Part shown: positions 15,298 through 24,431 of the stretch, piece by piece
Position numbering within the stretch: position 1 is the first letter of the stretch
Layout of the letters: each line of letters begins with the position of its first letter
Virus record (IMG/VR): IMGVR_UViG_3300045988_101805
Span: 1 to 35,912 of that record
Source: a virus
Length of the DNA: 35,912 bases
Direction: 5' to 3' (one strand)
Made by a program: the position numbers and the translations under genes
Notes under the pieces: model-generated
What the model saw: the letters and a program-made list of their open reading frames with translations, nothing else
Told to the model about the DNA's origin: nothing
Databases searched by the model: none

Positions 15298-15581
15298 TCA
15301 GTCAAATCGCCCTGTACAATTTTGGCAGATTCGCTGATAAGGGTGCTGAAATCGTGAATATTCAGCTGTAACTTTTCAATCTTTTCCCTTTCGGATTCAT
15401 CAAAAAGAAGATGATACATTTTGATAACATCTTTGTTCTTGCCGTTGCCGTCCTCAAAAATTGCCGCAACTTTGAGCATTGAAACTGCGTCATTGTTGAT
15501 TGCAAGGTCAACATTTTTAACTCTGACACTCGGCTTTTCCTCAAAATTAAGTTTGTCTGTAATATCAATTAACTTTGACAT
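15264..15581 (-). CDS. Tail assembly chaperone (gpG-like)
   Basis: 105-aa acidic protein between the major tail and TMP genes. A G5 run (15294-15290) lies near its 3' end. Confidence 0.75.
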   Translation of the reverse strand: MSKLIDITDKLNFEEKPSVRVKNVDLAINNDAVSMLKVAAIFEDGNGKNKDVIKMYHLLFDESEREKIEKLQLNIHDFSTLISESAKIVQGDLTDEGEAQTPATT

Positions 15582-15603
15582 AATCGTTCATTCCTTTCGT
15601 TTT

Positions 15604-16047
15604 TTAAGCGGCTGCTGTATATACGGGTTTGCCGTTTGACATAACTTCAAATTCAAGCGGAGCAACACCCGTACTTGCGCCTGCACCGTTTGATGTAACG
15701 GATACAACTGCATTTTTAAAGAGGACGGTTGCACCGTTGGGGAAGGTCCACATAAACGAAACTTCTGCCTTTCTGCCGTTTTCAAATGCAAGGGCGGCAA
15801 TCTGGTCATTGCCTGCGTCACCGATTGTACGCTTGCCCTTTACCGAAATTGTGATTGACTTAGCAGTCATAAGCCTTGACTTCCAGCCCTCGTTTTCAAA
15901 GGCTGTCCATTCCTCGACACCGTTGTCAAATGCAACAGAAAATTCTTCGCAGTTAGCAATATTTGTCGTGGCGGATTCTGTTCCTGCCTTGCCAACCGCA
16001 AACTGATTTTCATAGCACGGGAATACTCCCGATTCAACTTTTGCCAT
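15604..16047 (-). CDS. Major tail protein
   Basis: ATG 16047 with an AAAGGAAG RBS. 147 aa, beta-rich. Position follows the neck genes and precedes the chaperones. Confidence 0.8.
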   Translation of the reverse strand: MAKVESGVFPCYENQFAVGKAGTESATTNIANCEEFSVAFDNGVEEWTAFENEGWKSRLMTAKSITISVKGKRTIGDAGNDQIAALAFENGRKAEVSFMWTFPNGATVLFKNAVVSVTSNGAGASTGVAPLEFEVMSNGKPVYTAAA

Positions 16048-16051
16048 AAAA

Positions 16052-16444
16052 TTACTTCCTTTCGTAATAAAATTTAACTTCAATGACCTGCTCATACACA
16101 CCCTTGTCGTCTGTTCCCACATCAACGGGTTCTTCCGTGAGCAGTTCGATTATATAGATTTTGTGTTCCTTAATTTCAACTTTTTTAATGCCGTAAAGCG
16201 TTTCGTAAAGTCTGCGTGCAAACTCCTCGGTTTCTCTTGCGTTGTCGGTGTAATGGATAAGCAAAGACACGCTTATTGTATCGTAGGTACTTTCACCGCC
16301 GATTGCCCTTGTGGGTGTTCCCGACTGCTTTAATGAATACACACCGATTGACTTATCCTGCTTATTGTCGAGTTTACCTATGTAATAATGCTCGGCTGAG
16401 GTAACGCTTTTGAGCCAATCTCTGATGTCCGATAAGTAAATCAA
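16052..16444 (-). CDS. Tail terminator / neck protein
   Basis: TTG 16444 preceded by AAAGGAAGC and overlapping the upstream stop. Assigned by synteny. Confidence 0.6.
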   Translation of the reverse strand: MIYLSDIRDWLKSVTSAEHYYIGKLDNKQDKSIGVYSLKQSGTPTRAIGGESTYDTISVSLLIHYTDNARETEEFARRLYETLYGIKKVEIKEHKIYIIELLTEEPVDVGTDDKGVYEQVIEVKFYYERK

Positions 16445-16827
16445 AGTCCTGCTTCCTTTCTGTATAATCTTGCAAATGCCCGACTGCAAAAATTCTGCCG
16501 TGTACCGCCCTCAAGCCACTGTGCAAACCATTTACCGCCGGCGGCAATGTTTTCCTTACGGCTGAAATTATACTCGGGATGAAAATACAACCGCCTTGCA
16601 TACGGAGTGCTTGACACAATTTTAACTACCCCATTTGCACTTTGTGAATAATCAACAGCGGTACTATCGTTTTGAAGTATGCTTGTATCAAACGGCATTA
16701 CCTGCGTGTTTTTCACCTGTGTAAGAAGTGCGTCACCTGTCTGTTCAAGAGCCTGTTGCTTTGCCTTGTCAAGCTGTTTTACAACAGGCATATTGAGTTT
16801 GATTTTTGATGATACCGAAAATCCCAT
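16441..16827 (-). CDS. Tail completion / head-tail joining protein
   Basis: 128 aa, TAATG coupling to the upstream gene. Assigned by synteny. Confidence 0.6.
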   Translation of the reverse strand: MGFSVSSKIKLNMPVVKQLDKAKQQALEQTGDALLTQVKNTQVMPFDTSILQNDSTAVDYSQSANGVVKIVSSTPYARRLYFHPEYNFSRKENIAAGGKWFAQWLEGGTRQNFCSRAFARLYRKEAGL

Positions 16828-17228
16828 TAAATCACATCCAATTCCGTAAAATTAACTTTGCCGTCGGGGTTGCGGTGTTTTGTACCCTGTACGATGTTTC
16901 GTTTTACGCCGTCAAGGATTACAAAGCCACCGCTTAAATTTGGGCTGTCGGGGACAATATCGCCGTCAAAAAGCAAGACAGCCGACACCTGAACAATTTT
17001 CTGCTCTTTGGTATAGACCGTCTTTGCCTTTGACTGCATATTACACAAGGCAGAGCCACCGTGCAGGGTTGCTGACGGGTACAAGCTGTCGGAGGGATAC
17101 AGATTTTTGCATTCAAACACGGTCAGGGGTGCTCCGTCTTCTGTAACACCCTCACCGTAGATTGTGACCTCGACAGGAGTTTTGCAGAACTGCTTTTTTA
17201 CAAGTGACGGAAATTTCACGGTTTTCAC
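16827..17228 (-). CDS. Head closure / connector protein
   Basis: 133 aa; start uncertain (GTG 17228 or GTG 17219). Carries LYPSDSLYPSATL. Confidence 0.55.
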   Translation of the reverse strand: MKTVKFPSLVKKQFCKTPVEVTIYGEGVTEDGAPLTVFECKNLYPSDSLYPSATLHGGSALCNMQSKAKTVYTKEQKIVQVSAVLLFDGDIVPDSPNLSGGFVILDGVKRNIVQGTKHRNPDGKVNFTELDVI

Positions 17229-17235
17229 GCACCTT

Positions 17236-17565
17236 TCAGATTGCAGGATAACAAAGTCCTGTTGATTTTAGCAACGCATAGAGGTCGGCAGGAATTGCCA
17301 CTCCGCTGATACACATTAAATTCCAGCTTGCACCAAATTCCATTGATGTGCCGTTGATTGAATAGCTTTTCAGATAGGAAGAAATCATATCGGCATTTTC
17401 TTCTTCAAAAGCAGTAAGTCTGCTATGCACTCTGCCGATGATTCTCTTCTGCATTTCCGAAAGTTTTTCAAAATCAATGCGGTTAAAAGTCAGAACATCA
17501 ATGTGTTCGGCAGAGATAATGCTGTTTTCATCTCCGCCCTGCTGTTCAATGTAATCGGCATACAT
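17236..17565 (-). CDS. Head-tail adaptor
   Basis: 109 aa, start overlaps the capsid gene stop (TAATG). Assigned by synteny. Confidence 0.55.
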   Translation of the reverse strand: MYADYIEQQGGDENSIISAEHIDVLTFNRIDFEKLSEMQKRIIGRVHSRLTAFEEENADMISSYLKSYSINGTSMEFGASWNLMCISGVAIPADLYALLKSTGLCYPAI

Positions 17566-18503
17566 TACGCAACCGCCGTTGTGTCAACATCGGCATAAAT
17601 GCTGTCAATTTTGCCGTCCTTGCCGTTCGGGAATACGAATGTATCGGAAAGCGAACGGTTCTGATAGAGCCAGCCGTCACCCTCTGTGTGTGAGCCGGGA
17701 GCAAAGAAGTAAATGCTTGAAATCTTCGGAACAGTCTTGCAGGTTTCACCGCAGGCAACAAGAACATTGATTTTGTGAGCACCTGTTGCAGGCTCAAAAC
17801 CGCCGTCATCTGGGTTAAAGTTGAAGTTATCGTAGAAACGCTCATCGTCAATAACCTCGATGATAGGGCAACCGTCAATCTCGGTCACTCTTGTTTCAAT
17901 GCCGATACCGCCCTCTGCAATCTGTGTAAGCTCAATCTTACGAGTGAACTCCGTTGACTGTTCAAGGCAGTCCATAATGTGAGATGTCACATAGGCAACA
18001 AGTGTGCCTCTTGCCTTGTATCTGCGGAGCTTGCCGGCAGAAAGAATTGTTTTGAGCTTTGAATAAGCGTTCTCCTTAGTCCACTCCGATGTCTTTGTTG
18101 AAGAATGATATCCGTCTGTTGCCTGCGCCTTTGCGGCAACCTTTGAGAAGAAAAGTGCGTCTGTTTCGGGAGCAACCTGTGTCTGCTCAAACACCTTTGA
18201 AATATTCTCAACCTTTGCGGTTGCGTTAGTTTCATCAACATCTGCCTTGTCAACGAGGAACTCAATATCACGGTCGTGTTCGCAGGTGAACGGAACATCG
18301 GTCTGAACATACTTGCCCTTGTTCCAACCGCCGTTGCGATTGTGGTTCTTAAAGCCTGATGTACTCATCTGTGTGAAGTGGAATGTTCTTGCGCCAACCC
18401 ACTTTACATTTGAAGTGATGAACGGTGATGTGAGTGTGCCCTGAACGAGAATTTCAAGCAGATCAGGGCTGAACTGCTCGGCATAGTTATTTGTGTTTGC
18501 CAT
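17565..18503 (-). CDS. Major capsid protein
   Basis: 312 aa after the scaffold gene. RBS AAAGGATTG. Position and composition are typical of SPP1-like capsid genes. Confidence 0.85.
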   Translation of the reverse strand: MANTNNYAEQFSPDLLEILVQGTLTSPFITSNVKWVGARTFHFTQMSTSGFKNHNRNGGWNKGKYVQTDVPFTCEHDRDIEFLVDKADVDETNATAKVENISKVFEQTQVAPETDALFFSKVAAKAQATDGYHSSTKTSEWTKENAYSKLKTILSAGKLRRYKARGTLVAYVTSHIMDCLEQSTEFTRKIELTQIAEGGIGIETRVTEIDGCPIIEVIDDERFYDNFNFNPDDGGFEPATGAHKINVLVACGETCKTVPKISSIYFFAPGSHTEGDGWLYQNRSLSDTFVFPNGKDGKIDSIYADVDTTAVA

Positions 18504-18525
18504 GATTTTTCAATCCTTTCTTTGG

Positions 18526-19116
18526 TTAAATATTAAATCTGTTCCATTTTTTGGTAGGAACATTTGCCTTTGGTTTTGTACCGTCCGATGTACCGTTGCC
18601 GTCACCGCCGATTTTCTTAACTCCTGTGCCGTTCTCGGCAGGTTTGCCCTTGAGTGCGGGGATATCGTCAAGCACCTTTTTAACAGCCTCTGTCAGCTTT
18701 TCTGCATTGACCTTGCCGTCTGTCACAGCCTTTGAAAAGTCTGCAATTTTAAGCACATACGGAACGGTTGCAATGTCAACGCCCTGTTTTACGGCTTCGA
18801 GGGTTGCCGATTGGTTGACTTCTGCCGTGAGCTTTGCGTTGTTTGCAGATTCAACTTCCGACTGCATTTTTGCAAAGTCGGGAGTGTTCTTGGCTTTCTG
18901 CTTTTTAAAAGCACCGATAGCCTCTTTCATCTCATCGGCTGACAATCCCTGCTCCTTAAAATATGACTTCAAAACGGTATCCTCTGTCACGCTCTGTTTG
19001 CCTGTAATAAGGCTTGCGAGCTTGTCGTAATCAAAGACAGGAGCGTTTCCCTGTGGAGTTCCCTGCGGTGCAGGTGTCGGTTCATTGGGGGTTGGTGTTG
19101 GATTTGGTTCTGCCAT
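18526..19116 (-). CDS. Scaffolding protein
   Basis: Pro/Thr-rich N-terminus then long charged helices (KSYFKEQGLSADEMKEAIGAFKKQKAKN...). Lies directly upstream of the capsid gene. Confidence 0.8.
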   Translation of the reverse strand: MAEPNPTPTPNEPTPAPQGTPQGNAPVFDYDKLASLITGKQSVTEDTVLKSYFKEQGLSADEMKEAIGAFKKQKAKNTPDFAKMQSEVESANNAKLTAEVNQSATLEAVKQGVDIATVPYVLKIADFSKAVTDGKVNAEKLTEAVKKVLDDIPALKGKPAENGTGVKKIGGDGNGTSDGTKPKANVPTKKWNRFNI

Positions 19117-19141
19117 TTTTTCATATCCTTTCAGTTTTTCG

Positions 19142-19210
19142 GGTGTCTCCCGTAATCAGTTTATAGAGTGTCTCTCTGTTTCAGTTTTGCACGGTGTCTC
19201 CCGTAGTTTA
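19142..19210. repeat. Three ~25-bp-phased copies of a GTGTCTC(C/T)C motif upstream of the scaffold gene
   Basis: GGTGTCTCCCGTAATCAGTTT (19142), GAGTGTCTCTCTGTTTCAGTTTT (19166) and GGTGTCTCCCGTAGTTTA (19193). Confidence 0.7.
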
Positions 19211-19224
19211 ATGTCTTCGGACAA

Positions 19225-19258
19225 TAAAAAAGCACCTTACATATTCGTAAAGTGCTTA
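19225..19258 (-). terminator. Strong intrinsic terminator inside the late operon
   Basis: The minus strand reads AAGCACTTTA cgaatatg TAAGGTGCTT + TTTTATT. 10-bp stem with one G-U pair. Confidence 0.7.
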
Positions 19259-19456
19259 ATCCGCTTTTTCTGTTTTTTCTGTTTTAACTGCTTTGGCTCT
19301 CGGCTTTTTGGGAGTGTCAGGCTTGACCTCTTCTGCAAAACCGCCGTCAATAAGTTCCTTTGCTCTCTGCTCGGAACATTCAAAAACTTCATTCACAGGT
19401 CGGGTTACATAACCGTTCTGCCTGTCATTAAATGCTGTTGTTACTCTGATTTTCAT
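19256..19456 (-). CDS. 66-aa hypothetical protein with basic tail
   Basis: RBS AAAGGTGGTGA. Its stop lies inside the terminator stem. Confidence 0.6.
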   Translation of the reverse strand: MKIRVTTAFNDRQNGYVTRPVNEVFECSEQRAKELIDGGFAEEVKPDTPKKPRAKAVKTEKTEKAD

Positions 19457-19593
19457 TCTGTCACCACCTTTCTAAGCCGGTCAAAATCGACGGGTTTAAA
19501 TGCAAAAAAAAGCACCCTATAATCAACATTGCTGTCGGTTATAAAATGCTCAATTCGTAATTTTATGCTGTTTTTGTGAATTGCATATAACAA

Positions 19594-19617
19594 AACCGCC
19601 CTTTTTACGGAGCGGTT
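19594..19617 (-). terminator. Intrinsic terminator after the 53-aa gene
   Basis: The minus strand reads AACCGCTCC gtaaaaa GGGCGGTT + TTGTTAT. Confidence 0.55.
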
Positions 19618-19622
19618 AAGAT

Positions 19623-19784
19623 TTATGCTGTTTCTCTTTGTGTTCGTTTTATCTTCTCGTTTTTCACAATCACAATTTCTGATTCAAGTCTTTCTATTTC
19701 GGCATCTATTTCTTCATTTGTCATATTTTTTATTTCATCAGGAATAATAATTCTATCATCAATAAAATACTTCTTATCAGCCAT
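19623..19784 (-). CDS. 53-aa acidic protein trailing the MuF gene (candidate immunity/partner)
   Basis: Strong RBS GGGAGGTG 7 nt before ATG 19784. Overlaps the MuF stop by 8 nt. Translates MADKKYFIDDRIIIPDEIKNMTNEEIDAEIERLESEIV... Confidence 0.6.
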   Translation of the reverse strand: MADKKYFIDDRIIIPDEIKNMTNEEIDAEIERLESEIVIVKNEKIKRTQRETA

Positions 19785-21513
19785 TATAAGACACCTCCCA
19801 AAAATTAATATCAAATGACTGTGATAATTTTTTAATAGTTTTTACTTGGGCTTCCATTTCAGAAAAACCGCCATTCATATATTTTTGAATGTACAAATTA
19901 TAAAGCTTTGGGTTAATCATTTCATTGGAGTGATACCCGTAAAGTACGCCATTGTGACAAGCCACAAAACATTTAGCATATCCGTTATTAGCACAGGAAT
20001 TAAAGTCTTCAATGCTTGGTGGCATACTACTTGGGTGTGTATGAATTGTTACAACATTATTATTTGTCTGAATACATTTCTTTATTCTATCGGTATATGT
20101 TATTGTTCGTTCATCAGCACTGTCGGTTACAGATAACATAACTCTTCCTGTTTCACCGTCAATCCAATACATATCCTCAAAAGCCGTTCCGCTTCTGTGT
20201 TTTAATGCTTTTTTAGCACAATCGTAAAGTGACTTGTTGACTTCTTTATTATCAGTAGCACTATCATACTTGCGTTTATATTCGCCGCTGTCAACATAAG
20301 TTTTATTAACAAGCGTACTTTTATTGCGTCCATAACGCTGATTTTCAAGAGCCACAACATCACTTCCTAATTTCATTATAACAGTTTTTTTAGATTTTGC
20401 AACAGCTTCACTTGAAATCTTGTTGACACTCCCTGCTTTTTTCACCTTTTCTTCAAGCGTATTCGCCCTATCGTGCCACTCATCGGCTCGGGTTTGGGCA
20501 ATGCGTTTATTGTCCTCATCAAGGCTGTATTCGGCACGGCGGTCAAAGCGTTCTGCCTGACGCTGTGCATACTGCTGTTTTTCCTCAATTCCTCGCTGAC
20601 AGTCAAGCTCTTTGATTTCATCTTCAGACAACGGTGCGTCCAAATCATCAAGTTCGGGATAATATGTACTTGTGCTGTCCTTACATCTCGGATGAAACAA
20701 ACCGTTCTTGATTGCGGTTGAGAGGAGCGGATAGTTTCCGTCTGACTTTTTGCCGTTTGAATAAACATCATCAATAAACACCTTGCCGATATATTTTGCA
20801 CAATCGGGGCAACCGCCCTGTCTTGAGTTCACAACAACAAGGGATACTCCACATTCGGCTCGCTTTTCGCCCTCACCACGCAGATAGGCTCTTTTGTTGG
20901 CTGTTTTAACCGCCATATCCGCATAATCGGAGAGCGTATGCCTTGCACCGTTCTTGTATTCCACACAATTAAGACCTGCGTTGAGCATATCTTTGCAAGC
21001 TATATCAACGGCTTTTTCGTATGTAACCGCACCCGTGTTCATTGCAACCTGTGCGTTAAAAATCGCCTTGCGGTACTTGTCGTTGCTCATACGCAAAACT
21101 GCCGTTTCTGCCCTCTTTAAATCGTCTGTGGTTGATTTTATGAGTGCGTCAAGTTTACGGTCATTCACCTTAAAAAACTCGGCTGTGCTGTGTTCTGACG
21201 GCTTTTCCGGGGCTTTGAATCCGTCCTTGACAGCTTCAAGAATTTCTGCCTCCTGACTTGCGTTTCCGTCAGCTTTGGCGGTGCGAATCATCTCTTCAAC
21301 CTTGCTGTTAATGGTTTTGAAACGCTTGCCGAATTTCTTTGCGTTGTGCTTACGGTACTCTTCAAGACTTTTGAGCTGTTCTGCCTGCCATTGTGTCCAG
21401 TTGTAACCCTCTTTGGTTTCTTCGGCTCTGTGACGGCTGAAATTGCGCATCATGCTGTCGATAAGCTCATTTTCAATTCTCTCAAAAGCCTCTTTAATGT
21501 TGTAATCACTCAT
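19777..21513 (-). CDS. Minor head protein (MuF / SPP1 gp7-like) with a C-terminal JAB/MPN-like extension
   Basis: MuF-type region ending in LFHPRCKDSTSTYY, a coiled linker, then TIHTHPSSMPPSIEDF (20043..20005), which resembles the JAMM HxH-x(n)-S-xx-D motif. Confidence 0.8.
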   Translation of the reverse strand: MSDYNIKEAFERIENELIDSMMRNFSRHRAEETKEGYNWTQWQAEQLKSLEEYRKHNAKKFGKRFKTINSKVEEMIRTAKADGNASQEAEILEAVKDGFKAPEKPSEHSTAEFFKVNDRKLDALIKSTTDDLKRAETAVLRMSNDKYRKAIFNAQVAMNTGAVTYEKAVDIACKDMLNAGLNCVEYKNGARHTLSDYADMAVKTANKRAYLRGEGEKRAECGVSLVVVNSRQGGCPDCAKYIGKVFIDDVYSNGKKSDGNYPLLSTAIKNGLFHPRCKDSTSTYYPELDDLDAPLSEDEIKELDCQRGIEEKQQYAQRQAERFDRRAEYSLDEDNKRIAQTRADEWHDRANTLEEKVKKAGSVNKISSEAVAKSKKTVIMKLGSDVVALENQRYGRNKSTLVNKTYVDSGEYKRKYDSATDNKEVNKSLYDCAKKALKHRSGTAFEDMYWIDGETGRVMLSVTDSADERTITYTDRIKKCIQTNNNVVTIHTHPSSMPPSIEDFNSCANNGYAKCFVACHNGVLYGYHSNEMINPKLYNLYIQKYMNGGFSEMEAQVKTIKKLSQSFDINFWEVSYNG

Positions 21514-23080
21514 TGCTTACCCATTTGCTGTCATCGTCCTGATTTGCGATATCTTCGGGTTTATCGGGTTCATTGCCCGTGTCGGTAAGGTCCACATCGT
21601 CAAGCTCCGATTTTTCTTCCTCGCCTGCAATGCCCTGTTCTTCCTTAATTCTCTGCACCTCTTCGGCTTTCCAATCCTCCGACTTGCTGTCGCCGTAAAG
21701 CTCGTCAACCGAGGTTTCAACTGACATCAAACCGCCCTGTCTTGCTTTTGACACGGTTTCAACCTGACTTTCAAAGCTCGGATTTGCATATTCGCCGAAG
21801 TTTACGGATACTTCCAAGCCCTCAACAATACCCTTGCCGTTAAGTTCACCGTCTGCATTGAGTACAACTGCAACAAGGCTTTGAAGTGCGTTCTGCGTAA
21901 TTTTCACAAGGTTCTGCCTTGTGTAAAGGGTTGTCTTTTCCTTTTCACGCTGAGCGTCTGCATTATCAAGCTTCTTCGTATCAATACCGAGAGTTGACGG
22001 CGATATAATACCCTGCAAACAGAGGTCGAGGGCAGTAATGTATGAACTCAAATAGCTTTCGTGCTGAATCTGCGGACTTTCGGTGTAAATCCTGTTGCCG
22101 TTGCCGTTTTCAGACATATCGTTGCCCACGGTGATAAATCGGTTGTCAAACGGATTTGGCGATATCGGCTGACAGGTTTCGGGATTTCTCGGAACAAGGC
22201 AATCAGGCACATACTGCTTTGTTCGGCAGGCTCTGAGTGCGTCCATCCACTGTGACCACACTTCATCAAGGCTGTCGAAAGCGTCTGTTTTTATGCCAAT
22301 AATGCCCGCACCTCTGCCCTTGTGGCACGATTTGCCGTAAAGGACAGGTACAGCCCACATATATGATTCGTCAAATGTAACGCCCTTTGAATCAATCCAC
22401 GAAAGAGCGTCAACCGTGTGCAGGTCAATCTCTTTGCCGTTGTCATCATACAAAGCATAGTGAATATAGCCGTAACCGTATGTTTCTTCAAAACGATAAC
22501 GGCGGTGTTTTTGCGTGTAATCGGTGTAAAACTTAACCTCTCGGATTCTGCCGCGCACATATGTAAAGTCGATGTTTTCGGCAGGATACCATTCAACAAT
22601 CGGAACATCTGATACAGCCGTGTCAAAGCTGACCTTAAAAGCACCGTCACCGACAACACATAGGTCACGGAGCATTTGCTTAACCGTGTCGGATAGCTTG
22701 TTCTGCTTTTCAATGTCTTCCCAACGCTCTGCATAAGCGGTTGAATTTTTACTTGTAACATCTGTGCCGTTGTAGTCGGCAATTACAATATTCACAAGCG
22801 TTTCGCAGATGAGTGCCGGCAGGCCCGTGTGTATTTTACGGATTTCAAGCCCCTTTGTGCTTTTTGCCGCCCAAAACATAGTTTTGTTTGTATCAATCTG
22901 CCTGTACAGCTCCGCAAGCTGTCTGCTGTTGCCCCAATACCAAATGCGATTGATAAAGCACTCGGTCAGATGATTGCTTGTTTCGGTGACGGTAATTGTT
23001 TTGTCGCTTGCAGGAGTAATCTGCAAAAAGTTTTTAATTCCCGATCTGATAGATTCAGCCATTCTGTTAATCAGCCCCAT
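21506..23080 (-). CDS. Portal protein (SPP1 gp6-like)
   Basis: 524 aa between TerL and MuF, with an acidic C-terminus. Confidence 0.85.
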   Translation of the reverse strand: MGLINRMAESIRSGIKNFLQITPASDKTITVTETSNHLTECFINRIWYWGNSRQLAELYRQIDTNKTMFWAAKSTKGLEIRKIHTGLPALICETLVNIVIADYNGTDVTSKNSTAYAERWEDIEKQNKLSDTVKQMLRDLCVVGDGAFKVSFDTAVSDVPIVEWYPAENIDFTYVRGRIREVKFYTDYTQKHRRYRFEETYGYGYIHYALYDDNGKEIDLHTVDALSWIDSKGVTFDESYMWAVPVLYGKSCHKGRGAGIIGIKTDAFDSLDEVWSQWMDALRACRTKQYVPDCLVPRNPETCQPISPNPFDNRFITVGNDMSENGNGNRIYTESPQIQHESYLSSYITALDLCLQGIISPSTLGIDTKKLDNADAQREKEKTTLYTRQNLVKITQNALQSLVAVVLNADGELNGKGIVEGLEVSVNFGEYANPSFESQVETVSKARQGGLMSVETSVDELYGDSKSEDWKAEEVQRIKEEQGIAGEEEKSELDDVDLTDTGNEPDKPEDIANQDDDSKWVSNE

Positions 23081-24431
23081 TTATTTCACTTCCAATAATA
23101 TTTTTAAACGGCAGCCACGCATATTGACCGCTGTTAATGCAATGGTCGTGACCGTCCTCGGGTGTGTTGTCTTTATCCTCTCGCCAGCTGTAAATTTCAA
23201 ACTCGGCAATCGTGTTTTTGCAATGGTCAAGCACAAAATAACAGTCGGTGGCAAGCCAGCCGAGTACAAGATTGATTCGGTCGATAATCTTCGTTTTCTT
23301 CCATGCATTTGCAAAGTCATAGACACAGCCGTGCTGTCGCTTATACTTTTGAAATTCGGTAATAGTCGCTTGGTCGGCGCTGTCAATAAAAGCCGTGCGT
23401 GCAAAGCCCCATTCATCACGGTTGCGGTCAAGAAAATCAATAAAATTCTTCACCGTGTCACTCGGGGCGATAGGCGTTTGCATTTCAGCGTTGTTATAAA
23501 CTCTTTCATCAAGCTGAACACACTTGCCGTGATTGGTAATGCCGTAAAATGTCATTGCGATAGTGTCAGGCGACTTCTGCGAATAGGCGGTATCAAGACC
23601 TGCGGTGAACTGGACAAAGTGTTCCGACTTGCGGTTACAGTTCAAAAACTTTCCTGCCCACTCTTTTGATTTGATATGTCTTGCCCTCTCAAAATTCGGG
23701 AACACAAGACCTGTTGCTCTGCCTCGCAAACCTAAGATTTTATTTTTATAGAGCTTTGTACCTTTTGGCGCAGAGTTCTTTTTCTTTTCGATTTGCTCGG
23801 GTGTAAGACTTAAATTGTCGGCAAAAGAAAAGAACCAATACCGCCAATTCGGTACAGGTTCTTCGGTAAGCTCCGCCATAATTTCGGGAGGAACATCGTT
23901 TTCATATTTTTTAAAAGGACGTGAGCGGTTGACAAACTCCTTATACACAGGCAGGCTCGGATCATCGGGATTCAAAGTTGCAAGCATATAGTCATTACGG
24001 GTTGACATTTCTCGGATAAACTCGATATCGGCGGTGTTGATTTCGTCAATATAAACGCACCCAAACTGCGCACCGAGAACCATTTCCCACTTATCCCGAC
24101 TGCTGTAACCGAGAATATAGATAATTTTGTCCTCAAACTTGATATGCGGCAGCTTGTAATCCTTGTCGCCGTTACCGCAATAGACAGCGTTGCGGTGCAA
24201 GTCAAGAATACCGTTGTCCTGCTGAATTATAGTTTCCTCAGCCTTGCCCGTAGTCTTGGCGGCAATTGCGTGAAGCTTCTTCGGCGACTGCGACACCATT
24301 CGCATAAACTTAACGCCTGCTCCGACGGTAGTTTTGCCGGACGCTGTAGTTCCTTCAAGAAATTCAGCCGACACATTTGTTGTGTTGATAAAGTCGATAT
24401 ACTTTTGTGACAGCGGAAATTTGTTACTCAC
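23067..24431 (-). CDS. terL: Terminase large subunit
   Basis: Walker A GTTASGKT and Walker B VYIDEI. 454 aa. Start overlaps the terS stop. Confidence 0.92.
   Translation of the reverse strand: MSNKFPLSQKYIDFINTTNVSAEFLEGTTASGKTTVGAGVKFMRMVSQSPKKLHAIAAKTTGKAEETIIQQDNGILDLHRNAVYCGNGDKDYKLPHIKFEDKIIYILGYSSRDKWEMVLGAQFGCVYIDEINTADIEFIREMSTRNDYMLATLNPDDPSLPVYKEFVNRSRPFKKYENDVPPEIMAELTEEPVPNWRYWFFSFADNLSLTPEQIEKKKNSAPKGTKLYKNKILGLRGRATGLVFPNFERARHIKSKEWAGKFLNCNRKSEHFVQFTAGLDTAYSQKSPDTIAMTFYGITNHGKCVQLDERVYNNAEMQTPIAPSDTVKNFIDFLDRNRDEWGFARTAFIDSADQATITEFQKYKRQHGCVYDFANAWKKTKIIDRINLVLGWLATDCYFVLDHCKNTIAEFEIYSWREDKDNTPEDGHDHCINSGQYAWLPFKNIIGSEINGAD

Noticed and set aside
19496-19524. + strand TTTAAA-17-TATAAT promoter-like element antisense to the head genes
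   Set aside because: It sits in AT-rich intergenic sequence with no downstream + strand ORF or terminator. It is probably fortuitous.
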